This document shows positions 1 through 10,166 of a DNA stretch of 64,000 nt, piece by piece. The translations under genes and the position numbers were made by a program. Numbering within the stretch: position 1 is the first letter of the stretch; each line of letters opens with the position of its first letter. Origin of the DNA: Bacteroidota bacterium (lineage in GTDB: Bacteria; Bacteroidota; Bacteroidia; Chitinophagales; UBA8649); contig PKDX01000021.1 of the NCBI GenBank assembly GCA_002862745.1, positions 36,523 through 100,522 on the forward strand, read 5' to 3'. Below the pieces are notes generated by a model. That model was not told the origin of the DNA. It searched no databases and saw only the letters and a list, made by a program, of their open reading frames with translations.

Positions 1-1
1 T

Positions 2-949
2 CAGGATTTAGCCATCATGGACGCCTGTCTCGCAACACAGACCCACTATTTAGACACAGCAAACTATGAACCCAAGGACGTCGCCAAGTTTGAATATAGC
101 TGGCAATGGGCCTATCACGAGCGCTTTAAGGAAGCGAATATTATGGCCCTATTGGGCTGTGGTTTTGATCCCGGACAAACCCAAATCTATACGGCACATG
201 CCGCCAAGCATCATTTCGACGAGATTCACTTTTTAGACATTGTGGATTGCAATGGAGGGGATCATGGCAAGGCATTCGCTACCAACTTTAACCCAGAGAT
301 CAACATCCGAGAAATCACCCAAGTCGGTCGATATTTCGAAGAGGGCAATTGGCGAGAGATTCCTGCAATGTCCGTCCACCAACCCATCTTTTACCCCAAC
401 ATTGGAGAGCGTGAGTCCTATTTACTCTATCACGAGGAGCTTGAAAGCCTTGTAAAACATTTCCCAACCCTTCGCAGAGCGCGTTTTTGGATGACCTTTG
501 GCCAGGAATACCTCACCCATCTCAGCGTATTAGAGAATGTCGGGATGACTTCGATACAACCCGTTCAACACCAAGGACAGGATATCGTGCCATTAGAATT
601 CCTAAAAACATTACTCCCTGAGCCGTCATCGCTTGGAGAAAACTACGAAGGAGAAACCTCTATAGGATGCTACATTTCAGGTATAAAGGATGGACAAGCT
701 AAGCATTATTACATCTGGAACAACTGTAAACATCAAGATGCATACCGCGATACATTGGGACAAGGCGTAAGCTATACTACGGGTGTACCGGCCACCTTAG
801 GAGCAAGTCTTATGGCTGAAGGAACATGGATGCAAGCCGGTGTCTGGAATTGTGAACAACTCAATCCCGACCCCTTTATGGCAGCCGTAGGACAACTTGG
901 CCTTCCATGGCAGGAAGAAGTTCTTGTTCAAACACCTTTCTTAGGGTAA
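2..949 (+). CDS. carboxynorspermidine synthase/dehydrogenase (saccharopine dehydrogenase family), 5'-truncated by the window edge
   Basis: Frame is open from nt 2. Motifs LLGCGFDPGQT and FATNFNPEINIREI match my recollection of CANSDH. It is immediately followed by nspC. Confidence 0.8.
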   Translation, partial: QDLAIMDACLATQTHYLDTANYEPKDVAKFEYSWQWAYHERFKEANIMALLGCGFDPGQTQIYTAHAAKHHFDEIHFLDIVDCNGGDHGKAFATNFNPEINIREITQVGRYFEEGNWREIPAMSVHQPIFYPNIGERESYLLYHEELESLVKHFPTLRRARFWMTFGQEYLTHLSVLENVGMTSIQPVQHQGQDIVPLEFLKTLLPEPSSLGENYEGETSIGCYISGIKDGQAKHYYIWNNCKHQDAYRDTLGQGVSYTTGVPATLGASLMAEGTWMQAGVWNCEQLNPDPFMAAVGQLGLPWQEEVLVQTPFLG

Positions 950-965
950 TTAATTCTTAATTCCC

Positions 966-2087
966 ATGACTGCGCTGCCTAACGATCGACCATTTTACTT
1001 ACTCAACGAGGGTAAAATTCAAGCGAATCTAGCACGAATACAAGAGGTAAAGGATGCTACAGGCTGCAATGTCCTTATGGCCTTAAAAGCATTCGCACAC
1101 TATCAAACCTTCCCTCTACTAGCCCAAACATTAGATGGTTGCACAGCCTCTTCCCTGCACGAGGCTCGCTTAGCGCACGAATACTTTCCAGGACACCATC
1201 ACGCCTACAGTCCAGCCTATAGTCCACGAGATTTTCCGGAATGGACGGATTACAGCCAAACATTCACCGCCAACTCATTACAACAAGTAGCATTCCTTCA
1301 AAATCTACCAACGAAGCATAACCTAGAGATTGGTCTACGTATCAATCCCCTCCAGCGCGAGGCAAGCAATCCATTGTATGATCCGTCTTCCCCTCAGTCT
1401 CGACTTGGTGTCATTGCAAAACATCTTAAGAGTCAATGGCCAAAAGGCGTAACAGGCCTGCATATGCATAATTTATGTGAGAACGATAGCCATTCTCTTG
1501 AGCGCACCATAGAGTCCATAGAACGTGACGCTCCATTTGCCTTAGAAGCCTGTGAATGGATAAATCTTGGCGGAGGTCACATGATTAGTCAACATGATTA
1601 TGACTTGGACCACCTCATCCAACTTATTGACCATCTTCAAAAAACCTATAGTCTAAGGGTCATCCTTGAACCGGGAGCTGCCATCGTATGGGAAGCCGGA
1701 AGCCTCCACGCCCATGTCCTTGATATCGTGGCGCAAGACGAGGTAGCCACTGCCCTCCTTGATATAAGTATCACAGCTCATATGCCGGATTGTATTGAAA
1801 TGCCCTACACACCTCAAGTACGTGAAGGGAGAATTACCAATAAGGGGTGTAGATATCGCCTTGGTGGAAATTCATGTTTGGCAGGAGACTTTGTGGGCGA
1901 CTATCATTTTGAGCATGGCCTCTTTATCGGAGATGAAGTCATTTTCTTAGATATGGCGCATTATACTACGGTTAAAACGCACTTTTTTAATGGCCTTCAT
2001 CATCCGTCGGTATACTTACAGCATACGGATGGTTCATACACTTGCTTAAAAACCTTTGATTATACAGACTATCAGTCAAGGCTTTGA
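966..2087 (+). CDS. nspC: carboxynorspermidine decarboxylase
   Basis: 373-aa ORF with PLP-dependent decarboxylase (alanine racemase-fold) features. It is paired with CANSDH as in the alternative spermidine/norspermidine pathway. Confidence 0.8.
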   Translation: MTALPNDRPFYLLNEGKIQANLARIQEVKDATGCNVLMALKAFAHYQTFPLLAQTLDGCTASSLHEARLAHEYFPGHHHAYSPAYSPRDFPEWTDYSQTFTANSLQQVAFLQNLPTKHNLEIGLRINPLQREASNPLYDPSSPQSRLGVIAKHLKSQWPKGVTGLHMHNLCENDSHSLERTIESIERDAPFALEACEWINLGGGHMISQHDYDLDHLIQLIDHLQKTYSLRVILEPGAAIVWEAGSLHAHVLDIVAQDEVATALLDISITAHMPDCIEMPYTPQVREGRITNKGCRYRLGGNSCLAGDFVGDYHFEHGLFIGDEVIFLDMAHYTTVKTHFFNGLHHPSVYLQHTDGSYTCLKTFDYTDYQSRL

Positions 2088-3130
2088 ACCCATTCGAGTT
2101 CATCCTGTACGGTAGATTGCTGTCTATTGTAGAAATCGTACAATAAGTTAAAGACAAAACGAGGGTCTTCTTCATGAGGAACATGTCCTGTAGCCGGCAT
2201 TTCAACCAGATAACCTTCTTGTAAATCCCGCATAAACCGATTACGATGTGCGAAGGGCAGCACCTCATCTTCTTCACCCCATAAAATCATCGTAGGTTGT
2301 ATTAATTGCTGAATACGACCTGTATCAGCCACTTCTTGACTTAATATCATAGTACGTTGCCAATGTATCCGATCGGGCAGGTTCATAAAGGCATAGCCCG
2401 CATCAACACGGTGACTAAACCAATTGCTCGGCAACACTTCTTTATTGAAAAAACTGTAATTGGCGGCATCTTCACGCGATGCTCGAGACACTCCTAAGCG
2501 AAGATTAAGGATTGCACCTACGTACCAAGGCGCCATTCCCTCTACATAAGGTCGCGTAATGGAATCCCAAGCATAGCCAGCTGGGGCCATCAACATCATC
2601 GATTGCACTAAGTCCGGACGCTCATAGGCTAAATTCCAAGACAACATGCCTCCTAGTGAATTCGCTAGAATCATACAAGAGTCTACTCCGGCATCCTCAA
2701 GAACTGCCGCTACCGCTCCTGTAAAATGCGATTGAAAACTAAAATCCTCAGGAAGCGTCTTGTAATTGGGTGGATTACTCAAACCAAATCCTGGTAAATC
2801 AATGCCTATTACCCGGAAACTGTCCAAAATCAGTGTATTCTCCAAGAGCGGCGTAAAATGATAAAAACAACTATTTAGGCCGTGTATCGCTACAACCACT
2901 CGCTCTCCGTATCCCGTATCCACGTAATGCACTTGTCCGCCTTCATAGTCAATAAAATAAGAATTGGGCGTCGTGTAGCGCTCAAAAACCACTTCAGCAT
3001 CACTTTGATGTTTAGGCCAAAGAAAATAGAGCAAGCCAAGTATAAAGGGAATCAATCCCAAAAGAATGACAACGACTCGCTTTAGCCTAGAATATCTTGG
3101 TTTGGGAGATGCAGTAGATGAGTGTTGCAT
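2072..3130 (-). CDS. alpha/beta-fold hydrolase with N-terminal membrane anchor
   Basis: HGLNS oxyanion-type motif, nucleophile elbow ANSLGG and C-terminal GHVPHEE. N-terminal TM segment VVVILLGLIPFILGLLYFLW. 16-nt convergent overlap with nspC. Confidence 0.75.
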   Translation of the reverse strand: MQHSSTASPKPRYSRLKRVVVILLGLIPFILGLLYFLWPKHQSDAEVVFERYTTPNSYFIDYEGGQVHYVDTGYGERVVVAIHGLNSCFYHFTPLLENTLILDSFRVIGIDLPGFGLSNPPNYKTLPEDFSFQSHFTGAVAAVLEDAGVDSCMILANSLGGMLSWNLAYERPDLVQSMMLMAPAGYAWDSITRPYVEGMAPWYVGAILNLRLGVSRASREDAANYSFFNKEVLPSNWFSHRVDAGYAFMNLPDRIHWQRTMILSQEVADTGRIQQLIQPTMILWGEEDEVLPFAHRNRFMRDLQEGYLVEMPATGHVPHEEDPRFVFNLLYDFYNRQQSTVQDELEWVQSLD

Positions 3131-3159
3131 AGACAGTATCTTCTAGTAGATAAATTGTC

Positions 3160-4119
3160 CTAAAACCAACGTTTACGACGGAAATAGAGCCAGAAAAACA
3201 AAGGAAGTACCACGGATATACCCAATAAGGTCCAAAATGGCCATAACGACGTTTGTCCAGCCTCTTGCATGGGCAATGCTATGTTCATCCCATAAAAGCT
3301 TGCTATCACCATCGGAAGGGTTAACACAATGGTTATTACCGTAAGACGCTGTACTGTGCGGCCTAAGTTGTTTGAAATAATTGACGCAAAGGCATCCATC
3401 ATACTGTTTACAATGTTGGTATAGATATCCGCCATCTCAGAGGCCTGACCATTGTCAATAATGATGTCCTCGAGGAAGTCATCCTGCTCTTCATTGCCTT
3501 GAATCTTCAAGAAATTCGTGCGCCGCATTCGATTCATCATTAAATCGTTGGCACGAAGGTTTGTTACAAAGTAAACCAGGCTCTTCTGAAGATCTAAGAG
3601 GTTTTTAAGGTCGCGATTTCGGCTCGATCGATAGATCTCACTCTCAAAGGTGTACCGCTTGGTATTGATTTCCTTAAGGTAATACTGGAAATAATGGACA
3701 TTGCGATCAAGTAACCTCAGGGTAAACCACTGTTGGTCTTCTACCTTAAGCATTTTGATACGCCCATGAAGAAAATCGTCGATAACCGGATTCTTGAAGG
3801 ACGAAATTGTAATGATAAAATCAGGTGTTGAGATAATACCAATCGGAATGGTAATGTACAGCGCCTCATCTTTAACAAAGGCTTCGTTTCGAACTGGAGT
3901 GTTAACCACTACGAGATCAATTTCCTCTTCGGATTCATAGCGAGAACGCTCATCGGTATCAAGACTATCTGTAAGGAAGTCAATAGGCACATTGTTTTGA
4001 GAGGCAAAGTCCTCTAACTGACTTCGATCAAAGGGAGGATAGATGTTTACCCAACATCCCTTTTCAACTTGCTCTAAGCGCTCAAGCCTTCCGTTTTTCT
4101 GTGTTAAAATATCGATCAT
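3160..4119 (-). CDS. corA: CorA-family magnesium/cobalt transporter
   Basis: 319 aa with two C-terminal TM helices and the signature YGMN motif (SFYGMNIALP). Confidence 0.9.
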   Translation of the reverse strand: MIDILTQKNGRLERLEQVEKGCWVNIYPPFDRSQLEDFASQNNVPIDFLTDSLDTDERSRYESEEEIDLVVVNTPVRNEAFVKDEALYITIPIGIISTPDFIITISSFKNPVIDDFLHGRIKMLKVEDQQWFTLRLLDRNVHYFQYYLKEINTKRYTFESEIYRSSRNRDLKNLLDLQKSLVYFVTNLRANDLMMNRMRRTNFLKIQGNEEQDDFLEDIIIDNGQASEMADIYTNIVNSMMDAFASIISNNLGRTVQRLTVITIVLTLPMVIASFYGMNIALPMQEAGQTSLWPFWTLLGISVVLPLFFWLYFRRKRWF

Positions 4120-4129
4120 CCTCCTCCAT

Positions 4130-4651
4130 CTATTGATTACTAAATAACGTTTTCAAATCGGTGGCCTTGTTAGGATCAAGACGACCTGCAAGGACTAAAC
4201 GCATTTCTCGTCGTTTTAATGCCCCTTCATAACGGTCATTTTCCTCAGCAGTTTCTGGAAGTAGCTCAGGAGATGGCTTAGGCCGTCCGTTACTATCAAG
4301 CGCCACAAAGGTATAATACGCCGCATTGCACTTATAACGCGTCTTGGTAGGAATATTTTCCGCCCAAACCTCAATATAGGTCTCAATGGAGGTATTAAAG
4401 GCTCTGGTAACCTCTGCATTAATGGTGACTACATCACCAAGCTTAATGGGATTTTCAAAGGAAACCTGATCGACAGATACCGTGACAACCACCGATTGAG
4501 CATGTTTTCCAGAGGCTATAGCTGAGGCGATATCCATCCAATGAAGGATTTTTCCTCCGCGCAAGTTGCCCAATGCATTCGTATCGTTAGGCAACACAAT
4601 CTCCGTCATCGTAGTGCGAGAATATGAAGGAGTGCGTGCTTCCATGACCAA
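4130..4651 (-). CDS. acyl-CoA thioesterase (hotdog fold)
   Basis: 173 aa. EIVLPNDTNALGNLRGGKILHWMD is typical of YciA/BFIT-type acyl-CoA hydrolases. Confidence 0.75.
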   Translation of the reverse strand: MVMEARTPSYSRTTMTEIVLPNDTNALGNLRGGKILHWMDIASAIASGKHAQSVVVTVSVDQVSFENPIKLGDVVTINAEVTRAFNTSIETYIEVWAENIPTKTRYKCNAAYYTFVALDSNGRPKPSPELLPETAEENDRYEGALKRREMRLVLAGRLDPNKATDLKTLFSNQ

Positions 4652-4778
4652 GGTTTGCTGTAAAAATAGGGACTATAGCGCGTTCTCTGTAAGAAACATG
4701 CGTACATCAATTCATAAGTGTAGTACTTCGTGGACATTCACCATGAATACCTATCAATAGATACTGAGCCAGTGCGCT

Positions 4779-5900
4779 TTACTCTCCTCCTCCAAGAGAT
4801 GACAAGGCAGGCAGTGCTTGGTAGTTAAAATCAAAAAGCGCTTGATTTTCCCAAGGAGAGGCATCGGTAGCCTGAGGGCCTTTCCAAGCAATCAACTCCC
4901 CTCCCCAATAACAATATCCAATCCCTCCATCAACGGCATGAACTCGATCCGCCACATCCCTCACGAAATCCGACTGTCCTCCAGGGGATGCCGGATAAAT
5001 CGGCAAGATTAAATGCTCTTGAAGCCCTACGATATTATTGGTATAATCATCCCAATCCAAGGTAAAGGGATAGGCGGTTTCTGCAATCACAACGTCTTTA
5101 TCGTGCACAGTAGCTAGCTGCTGCATGGTAACAGACAAACTATCTAAGTTCTTTCCATGCCAAATAGGATAATATGAGAGTCCTATGATATCATAATCTA
5201 CCGAATCGACTACACCATAAAACCACTCTGCCCCTGTGATACCGGCGTAATGAATGATAATCTCACAGTCACTTGAGGTTGCACGAACTGCCGCACTAGT
5301 CTGTTCTAGTAATTGCAGAAAACCTTCTCGATTATCCGTGATATGCCCAAAAGGGTGTAATAATCCACTATTGATCTCATTGCCCAATTGAATATAATCT
5401 GGGCGGATTTCAGCGACAACCTTTTCTGTGTAATGATATATAGAGTCCGCCAATACCTCAAACGACAAATTTTGCCATTGCGATGGAGGGCTTTGTTGAC
5501 CAGGATCAGCCCAAGTATCCGAATAATGAAGACTCAACCAAACCTTAAATCCCTGAGCCTTCAACTCATTTGAAAAGGTACGTACTTCTTGGAATCCAGA
5601 ATGCCCGTTGCTTGGATCAATCCACAAGCGCAAGCGAATCGTATTGATTTCCTCTTCCTTAAGAATATCCAAAAGAGGTTCAACTTCGCCCAAAACGTTG
5701 AGATAATTCGCATTAGAAAGGGCTATCTCAGGATAAGATGAGATATCAACCGCTTTTATCAAAGCGCTAGAGCCCACATCAGGAATATGCACAGGGCGAA
5801 CCTCGTTTTCACAGGCAACAAAACAACATATCACCCAAACCCATAATAGGCTACCTGAAAAGAAATAACTAGCATCTCTCCGTATCATCTTAGACATCAT
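4779..5900 (-). CDS. arabinogalactan endo-beta-1,4-galactanase (GH53), probable lipoprotein
   Basis: GH53-like blocks (IRLRLWIDP, QLGNEINSG, GLSYYPIWHG, AETAYPFT). Signal peptide with a lipobox-like FVAC|E. Confidence 0.8.
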   Translation of the reverse strand: MMSKMIRRDASYFFSGSLLWVWVICCFVACENEVRPVHIPDVGSSALIKAVDISSYPEIALSNANYLNVLGEVEPLLDILKEEEINTIRLRLWIDPSNGHSGFQEVRTFSNELKAQGFKVWLSLHYSDTWADPGQQSPPSQWQNLSFEVLADSIYHYTEKVVAEIRPDYIQLGNEINSGLLHPFGHITDNREGFLQLLEQTSAAVRATSSDCEIIIHYAGITGAEWFYGVVDSVDYDIIGLSYYPIWHGKNLDSLSVTMQQLATVHDKDVVIAETAYPFTLDWDDYTNNIVGLQEHLILPIYPASPGGQSDFVRDVADRVHAVDGGIGYCYWGGELIAWKGPQATDASPWENQALFDFNYQALPALSSLGGGE

Positions 5901-6006
5901 GAGAGATTAATTCAATATTTCATCCGTCTCGATTGAGATCAAATCCAACCCTACTATGGACTGCACAAGATGTGCAAGTCCCGTAAGATTGATAAGGTTA
6001 AATAAC

Positions 6007-8961
6007 TTAGAACTTCTGCGCTAAACGAAGCATGGTTACCCGTCCAATCTCAGGTGTTCCTGGGAAGCGCTGTAGATCCGTTCCAAGAACATTGGTCATA
6101 TCCAAGGTTAACGTAGTATTCTCAGCCCAAGTTGGGGTATAACGGATTCCTAAATCCAAGAGATTCTGAGCTACAACCGTTCCTTGATAAATCGCTGAAT
6201 TCGCAGGGAAAGCTTCCGACCATCTCCAGTTTGAAGAAAACCCTAAACCACACTTAGAAAAAGTATAATCCAAACCTAGTGCTCCTCGAAAACGTGCCGC
6301 ATTTAATGGAATAACTCCCCCCGCAACGCCTTCGAGTTCGAATTCATTTTTGTTTAAGAAAGAAAAGGCACCATTGATGGCCAAGTTCTCGGTAGGTAAG
6401 TACTTAAATTGAATGTCACCACCCCAGAAGTTAACCTGTCCTAAGTTGAGGTAGGTTAAGATTACGTCACTTCCAATCTGATCTTGATCGGGAACAATAA
6501 CCCCAAGGCCAAGAACATTAAGCTGCGACATAATGGTGTTCGCTAACTCATCTGCTCCCGTTCCTTGAATCTGGTCAAAGGTTGATCCTGTATAATCAGG
6601 ATTGCCATCAAGGAGACTTGTGAGAAGGTCTTTAATGTCGTTTGGCAGCGCCTCATAGTTTTGATAGAGCGTGCTGTTTTGGAAATCCCCCTCTTCGAGA
6701 ATACCAATAAGAGATGTAGGCTCAAAAATCACACTGTATGAGGCCGTGGTTAACGGACTTGTAAAGTTTGATATCTGTTGATAGTATAAGTCCGTTGTCA
6801 AGAATAACTTATCTGCAATGATTCCTTTATAGCCTACTTCATAGGTTTGCGTAATGGATGACTTAACCGCATCAAGATTACTAATGCCATTGATATCTAC
6901 AGTAGATGCTCCGTAATCACCACCTGTTGCTGAAAGCGTGGCTAAATCAATCACCATTTGATCAGCATTTTGTATAGTACCCGAGGCATTATCCCAAAGC
7001 CCTTGAGAAAGAGTATTTAAGACTAAGGCAACTTGACCCGCATTCACATCATCGGATAGTTTAGCAAGCTCCGAACCTAGAACGTCTGCCATGGCTCCGA
7101 AGTACTTGTAATTATCAGCAGTATTTCCAAAGGATCCCCAATCATTGAGTGGGTTGTTATCAAAGTCGATATTGTAGGCTCCAGGACTACGGAATTGAGG
7201 TAATCCGTTGGCATCATAACGGTAATCAAACCCTGTAGAGTTTCCATATCCTCGAATAGTTACCCCATTAGGTAAGAAGGCACTAGCAAGGTCTAACGAG
7301 AAGTTTAACGACGTAGGTGCGCTAAAGGCTCGGTTATATGTACCTCTCAATGTGTGGCGAGGAGCAGGCTTGTAGACAATAGCAGCTCGTGGGGATACTT
7401 GAAACTCCTGAATACGGTCTTGATAATCTAATCGAAGTGCACCCAAAAAGGACAACTTTCCATCCATTACTTTATATTCTGCCTGGCCGTACCCGCCATA
7501 CTGATTGATGTTATCATCATCGTCGAATCGTCCATTAATTGTACCCTCAGTGTTCGGTCGTGTACCGATATAATCAAAGCCATAGATAAAGTCGAAATTA
7601 TCTACATTGTCCATTCGCCCTTGGATTTGAGCTACATGGAGTTTGGACTTATCAATGAGTAACTGCATAGCATGTGGCTGAGGCTCTCCCCCTGATTGCG
7701 GTAAAAGGTAGGTATCTCCAGCATTCGACGCATTGATGTAATACTGAGCAAACCAGTTTTTATAGTTCATGCGAAGTTGACCTGTGTAATAATTCCAGTT
7801 TATCCCTTGGGCGGCACCTAGTCCTGTAAGCTCAATATTTGTTGTATTGGCCAATCCAAAATTGGCAATCATATTGAAGTCACGAGATGGAGCGTAATCA
7901 ATTCGTCCATCTATATTATATGTCTGAATTCCATAGTCACGTGAAAAGGTTTCTACACCTCTTGCCGTATCCACTACAAAGGCTCCACCGTCTTGCACCG
8001 TACCAAAAATGATGTCATCGCCAAATGCTGGCTCTCTTGGATCTTGATATTCAAAATCATTTCCTTGTAAATATCGTCCAGAGATTTTGTAGCCAAACTT
8101 GTCACTCAACTTCGCACTATGGCGAATCTCTGGGCTATACAGCATACGTGAACCAAAGGAAGTATTGGTCGGCGTAAACGAAATCCCCTGAGCATCGATA
8201 AAGCCATCATCTTGGCTACGTACACCCATCGTCATGGAAACAGTAGTCTCATACTTATCCTCTTGATCTAACGGAGACTTGGTACGAATAGCAAAAACCC
8301 CGTCGGCAGCGTTTGGTCCATAGAGTGCCGAAGCAGGTCCACGAACAATTTCCATACTCTCGATATCGCTTGGAGTGGTTGGCATTAATTGGAAGGCATT
8401 CACACGCAGCGAGGGTACACGACCAATTCGATCATCCACCACAGTAAGCATGGCACCTGAGAATATATTATTGAATCCACGAATATTTACATTCACTCCA
8501 ACAAGTCCTGTCTTCATCACATCGACACCAGCAACTTTCGTAAGGTGATCAGTAGGCACAATGGCTACTGTTTTAGCCAATTCTGCTGAGTTGATTACCG
8601 TTACTGAAGCCGGAGCATCAATAACCTTTTCACTTCGTTTAGAAGCAGAAACTACCGTACCACCAAGCTGTGTTGCATTGGGCCTCATTGAAAGCTCAAG
8701 CATTGTTCCTGCTTGAAATTCCATCGTCTCCATACCCAACGATTCGATACTCAGCATCGAACTGGCTGAAGCTACTTCAATCGTAAAATCACCCATAACA
8801 TCGGTGACAACTGCATTATCCGTTCCTACTTCGCGGACTGCAGCCCCTACAACGGGTTCACCTGATTCGTTAGTAACATTACCTGTAGCCGTGAATTGAG
8901 CCATAAGTGTTGAGGCCGAAGCAAGCAACACCATACCAAGAGTTAATAGTCTGTTTCTCAT
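6007..8961 (-). CDS. TonB-dependent outer-membrane receptor with N-terminal carboxypeptidase-regulatory-like domain
   Basis: Start moved to the internal ATG at 8961, giving signal peptide MRNRLLTLGMVLLASASTLMAQ. Plug-like region (IVRGPASALYGPNAADGV) and a terminal aromatic residue (..LAQKF). Confidence 0.85.
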   Translation of the reverse strand: MRNRLLTLGMVLLASASTLMAQFTATGNVTNESGEPVVGAAVREVGTDNAVVTDVMGDFTIEVASASSMLSIESLGMETMEFQAGTMLELSMRPNATQLGGTVVSASKRSEKVIDAPASVTVINSAELAKTVAIVPTDHLTKVAGVDVMKTGLVGVNVNIRGFNNIFSGAMLTVVDDRIGRVPSLRVNAFQLMPTTPSDIESMEIVRGPASALYGPNAADGVFAIRTKSPLDQEDKYETTVSMTMGVRSQDDGFIDAQGISFTPTNTSFGSRMLYSPEIRHSAKLSDKFGYKISGRYLQGNDFEYQDPREPAFGDDIIFGTVQDGGAFVVDTARGVETFSRDYGIQTYNIDGRIDYAPSRDFNMIANFGLANTTNIELTGLGAAQGINWNYYTGQLRMNYKNWFAQYYINASNAGDTYLLPQSGGEPQPHAMQLLIDKSKLHVAQIQGRMDNVDNFDFIYGFDYIGTRPNTEGTINGRFDDDDNINQYGGYGQAEYKVMDGKLSFLGALRLDYQDRIQEFQVSPRAAIVYKPAPRHTLRGTYNRAFSAPTSLNFSLDLASAFLPNGVTIRGYGNSTGFDYRYDANGLPQFRSPGAYNIDFDNNPLNDWGSFGNTADNYKYFGAMADVLGSELAKLSDDVNAGQVALVLNTLSQGLWDNASGTIQNADQMVIDLATLSATGGDYGASTVDINGISNLDAVKSSITQTYEVGYKGIIADKLFLTTDLYYQQISNFTSPLTTASYSVIFEPTSLIGILEEGDFQNSTLYQNYEALPNDIKDLLTSLLDGNPDYTGSTFDQIQGTGADELANTIMSQLNVLGLGVIVPDQDQIGSDVILTYLNLGQVNFWGGDIQFKYLPTENLAINGAFSFLNKNEFELEGVAGGVIPLNAARFRGALGLDYTFSKCGLGFSSNWRWSEAFPANSAIYQGTVVAQNLLDLGIRYTPTWAENTTLTLDMTNVLGTDLQRFPGTPEIGRVTMLRLAQKF

Positions 8962-9132
8962 AATTTTATATCCGTTAACGGGCATAAAGTTAAAGAAATT
9001 TAAAATTGGCCTAAAATCTAGTGTACACAGACAGTACATCAGTAACCTAAAGATTAGACAAAAGCAATTTTGGAGGAAAACAGATCAGAGACAAACTTTT
9101 TCAAATAAAGATGGTATTTTCGCCAATCCAAT

Positions 9133-9206
9133 GGCGCTGTAGCTTAACTGGATAGAGCACCTGACTACGGATCAGGAGGTTCGGGGTTCGAATCCCTGCA
9201 GCGTCA
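9133..9206 (+). tRNA. tRNA-Arg (anticodon ACG)
   Basis: Hand-folded cloverleaf: acceptor GGCGCTG/CAGCGTC, anticodon arm CCTGA-CTACGGA-TCAGG, T arm CGGGG-TTCGAAT-CCCTG. Confidence 0.9.
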
Positions 9207-9230
9207 CTTTTTTTTTGAAATACTCTAGCT

Positions 9231-9256
9231 GGCTATCTTTGAGATAGCCTTTTTTA
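9231..9256 (+). terminator. rho-independent terminator after tRNA-Arg
   Basis: Hairpin GGCTATCT/AGATAGCC followed by TTTTTTATTTT. Confidence 0.7.
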
Positions 9257-9440
9257 TTTTACTTAAACAATAGTCCAGGGATGAGAAGCCCGAATACCGC
9301 AACGCGGTCGGGGTTTGATGCATTTCACTCATTGAGCATAGGCCAATAGTTATTTCGGCTTGACATTGTGAAATGTAATGAAGATCTTCCCCGAAGGGAG
9401 GCGGGATGTGGTGGGCCATAATTAAAAACAGGAAACTCCC

Positions 9441-10088
9441 CTACAACTCCTCCGCCAGCCTGCGAATCACCTCTGAGGCCTGAGGGCCTTCGTTAAATAA
9501 GAGATCAAGTATACTGAGGTTATGCAAGAAGCCCGTCTTATTCTGAAACACTTGCTCATACGGATGCTCTTCCATCCTTTCTGTCCGAAGTACTTCCTGT
9601 GCCCATCGGTTGGGCATAAAACGATTACGAAAGTCAAGTACATCCTCGCCATAATCCGCAACATAGCTGGAAGTATTATTCAAATCAATCTCCCACTTCA
9701 GATGGCGTACAATCTGCTTAAGCACGGCTAGATTAAAATCCCACGTCATATTGTATGCGTCAGTGTAAAGCGGCGCATAGTCATCCTCATAATACTCAAA
9801 GTAAGGGCTGCTTCGATAGGCGGCACATAGACTTTGCCAATGATGTTTTTGCCATGCTATCTCATTTTGAATGGGGCGACTGTCTGAGGTAAACCGTTTA
9901 TCCTTGCCACCTGCCAAAGGTATACTCAAGGATAAGGCTCCATTCGGCCCTGCAATACTTGTCCGATTTCTGTAGGAGGCCTTTACAAAATGCTCCTTTG
10001 CGTCAAGATGCCACTCCTCCACACCATAGACAGCCACAAAAAAAGGAAGTGGTGGTGCATAGAATAGAGGGAGAACGGCCTTGGGCAT
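9441..10088 (-). CDS. WbqC-like family protein
   Basis: 215 aa. The N-terminal block (HFVKASYRNRTSIAGPNGALSLSIPL) resembles WbqC-like proteins found in polysaccharide loci. Called from family recollection only. Confidence 0.55.
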   Translation of the reverse strand: MPKAVLPLFYAPPLPFFVAVYGVEEWHLDAKEHFVKASYRNRTSIAGPNGALSLSIPLAGGKDKRFTSDSRPIQNEIAWQKHHWQSLCAAYRSSPYFEYYEDDYAPLYTDAYNMTWDFNLAVLKQIVRHLKWEIDLNNTSSYVADYGEDVLDFRNRFMPNRWAQEVLRTERMEEHPYEQVFQNKTGFLHNLSILDLLFNEGPQASEVIRRLAEEL

Positions 10089-10166
10089 AGCGGGATTTGT
10101 AGAGGTAAAAATAGGGACTTCACGCTATCTCGCCATGAAGCCCTATATTCAACTGATATTCCTCTT

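Noticed and set aside
8962-9039. N-terminal extensions of ORF-track entries: the TBDR to 9039, the T9SS protein to 17036, gmhB to 21150, the YfhO-like gene from 22777, secE to 41290, and gene 1 of the island from 44200.
   Set aside because: The extensions lack signal-peptide logic, overlap upstream genes or a tRNA, or begin at non-ATG codons. The internal starts give canonical N-termini.
9207-9440. 234-bp non-coding stretch after tRNA-Arg with a 64-aa minus-strand ORF (9225..9419), considered as an att remnant or a small gene.
   Set aside because: The ORF overlaps the tRNA terminator hairpin, has no recognisable features and has odd composition. I could see no repeat of the tRNA 3' end. The sequence is insufficient to call anything.
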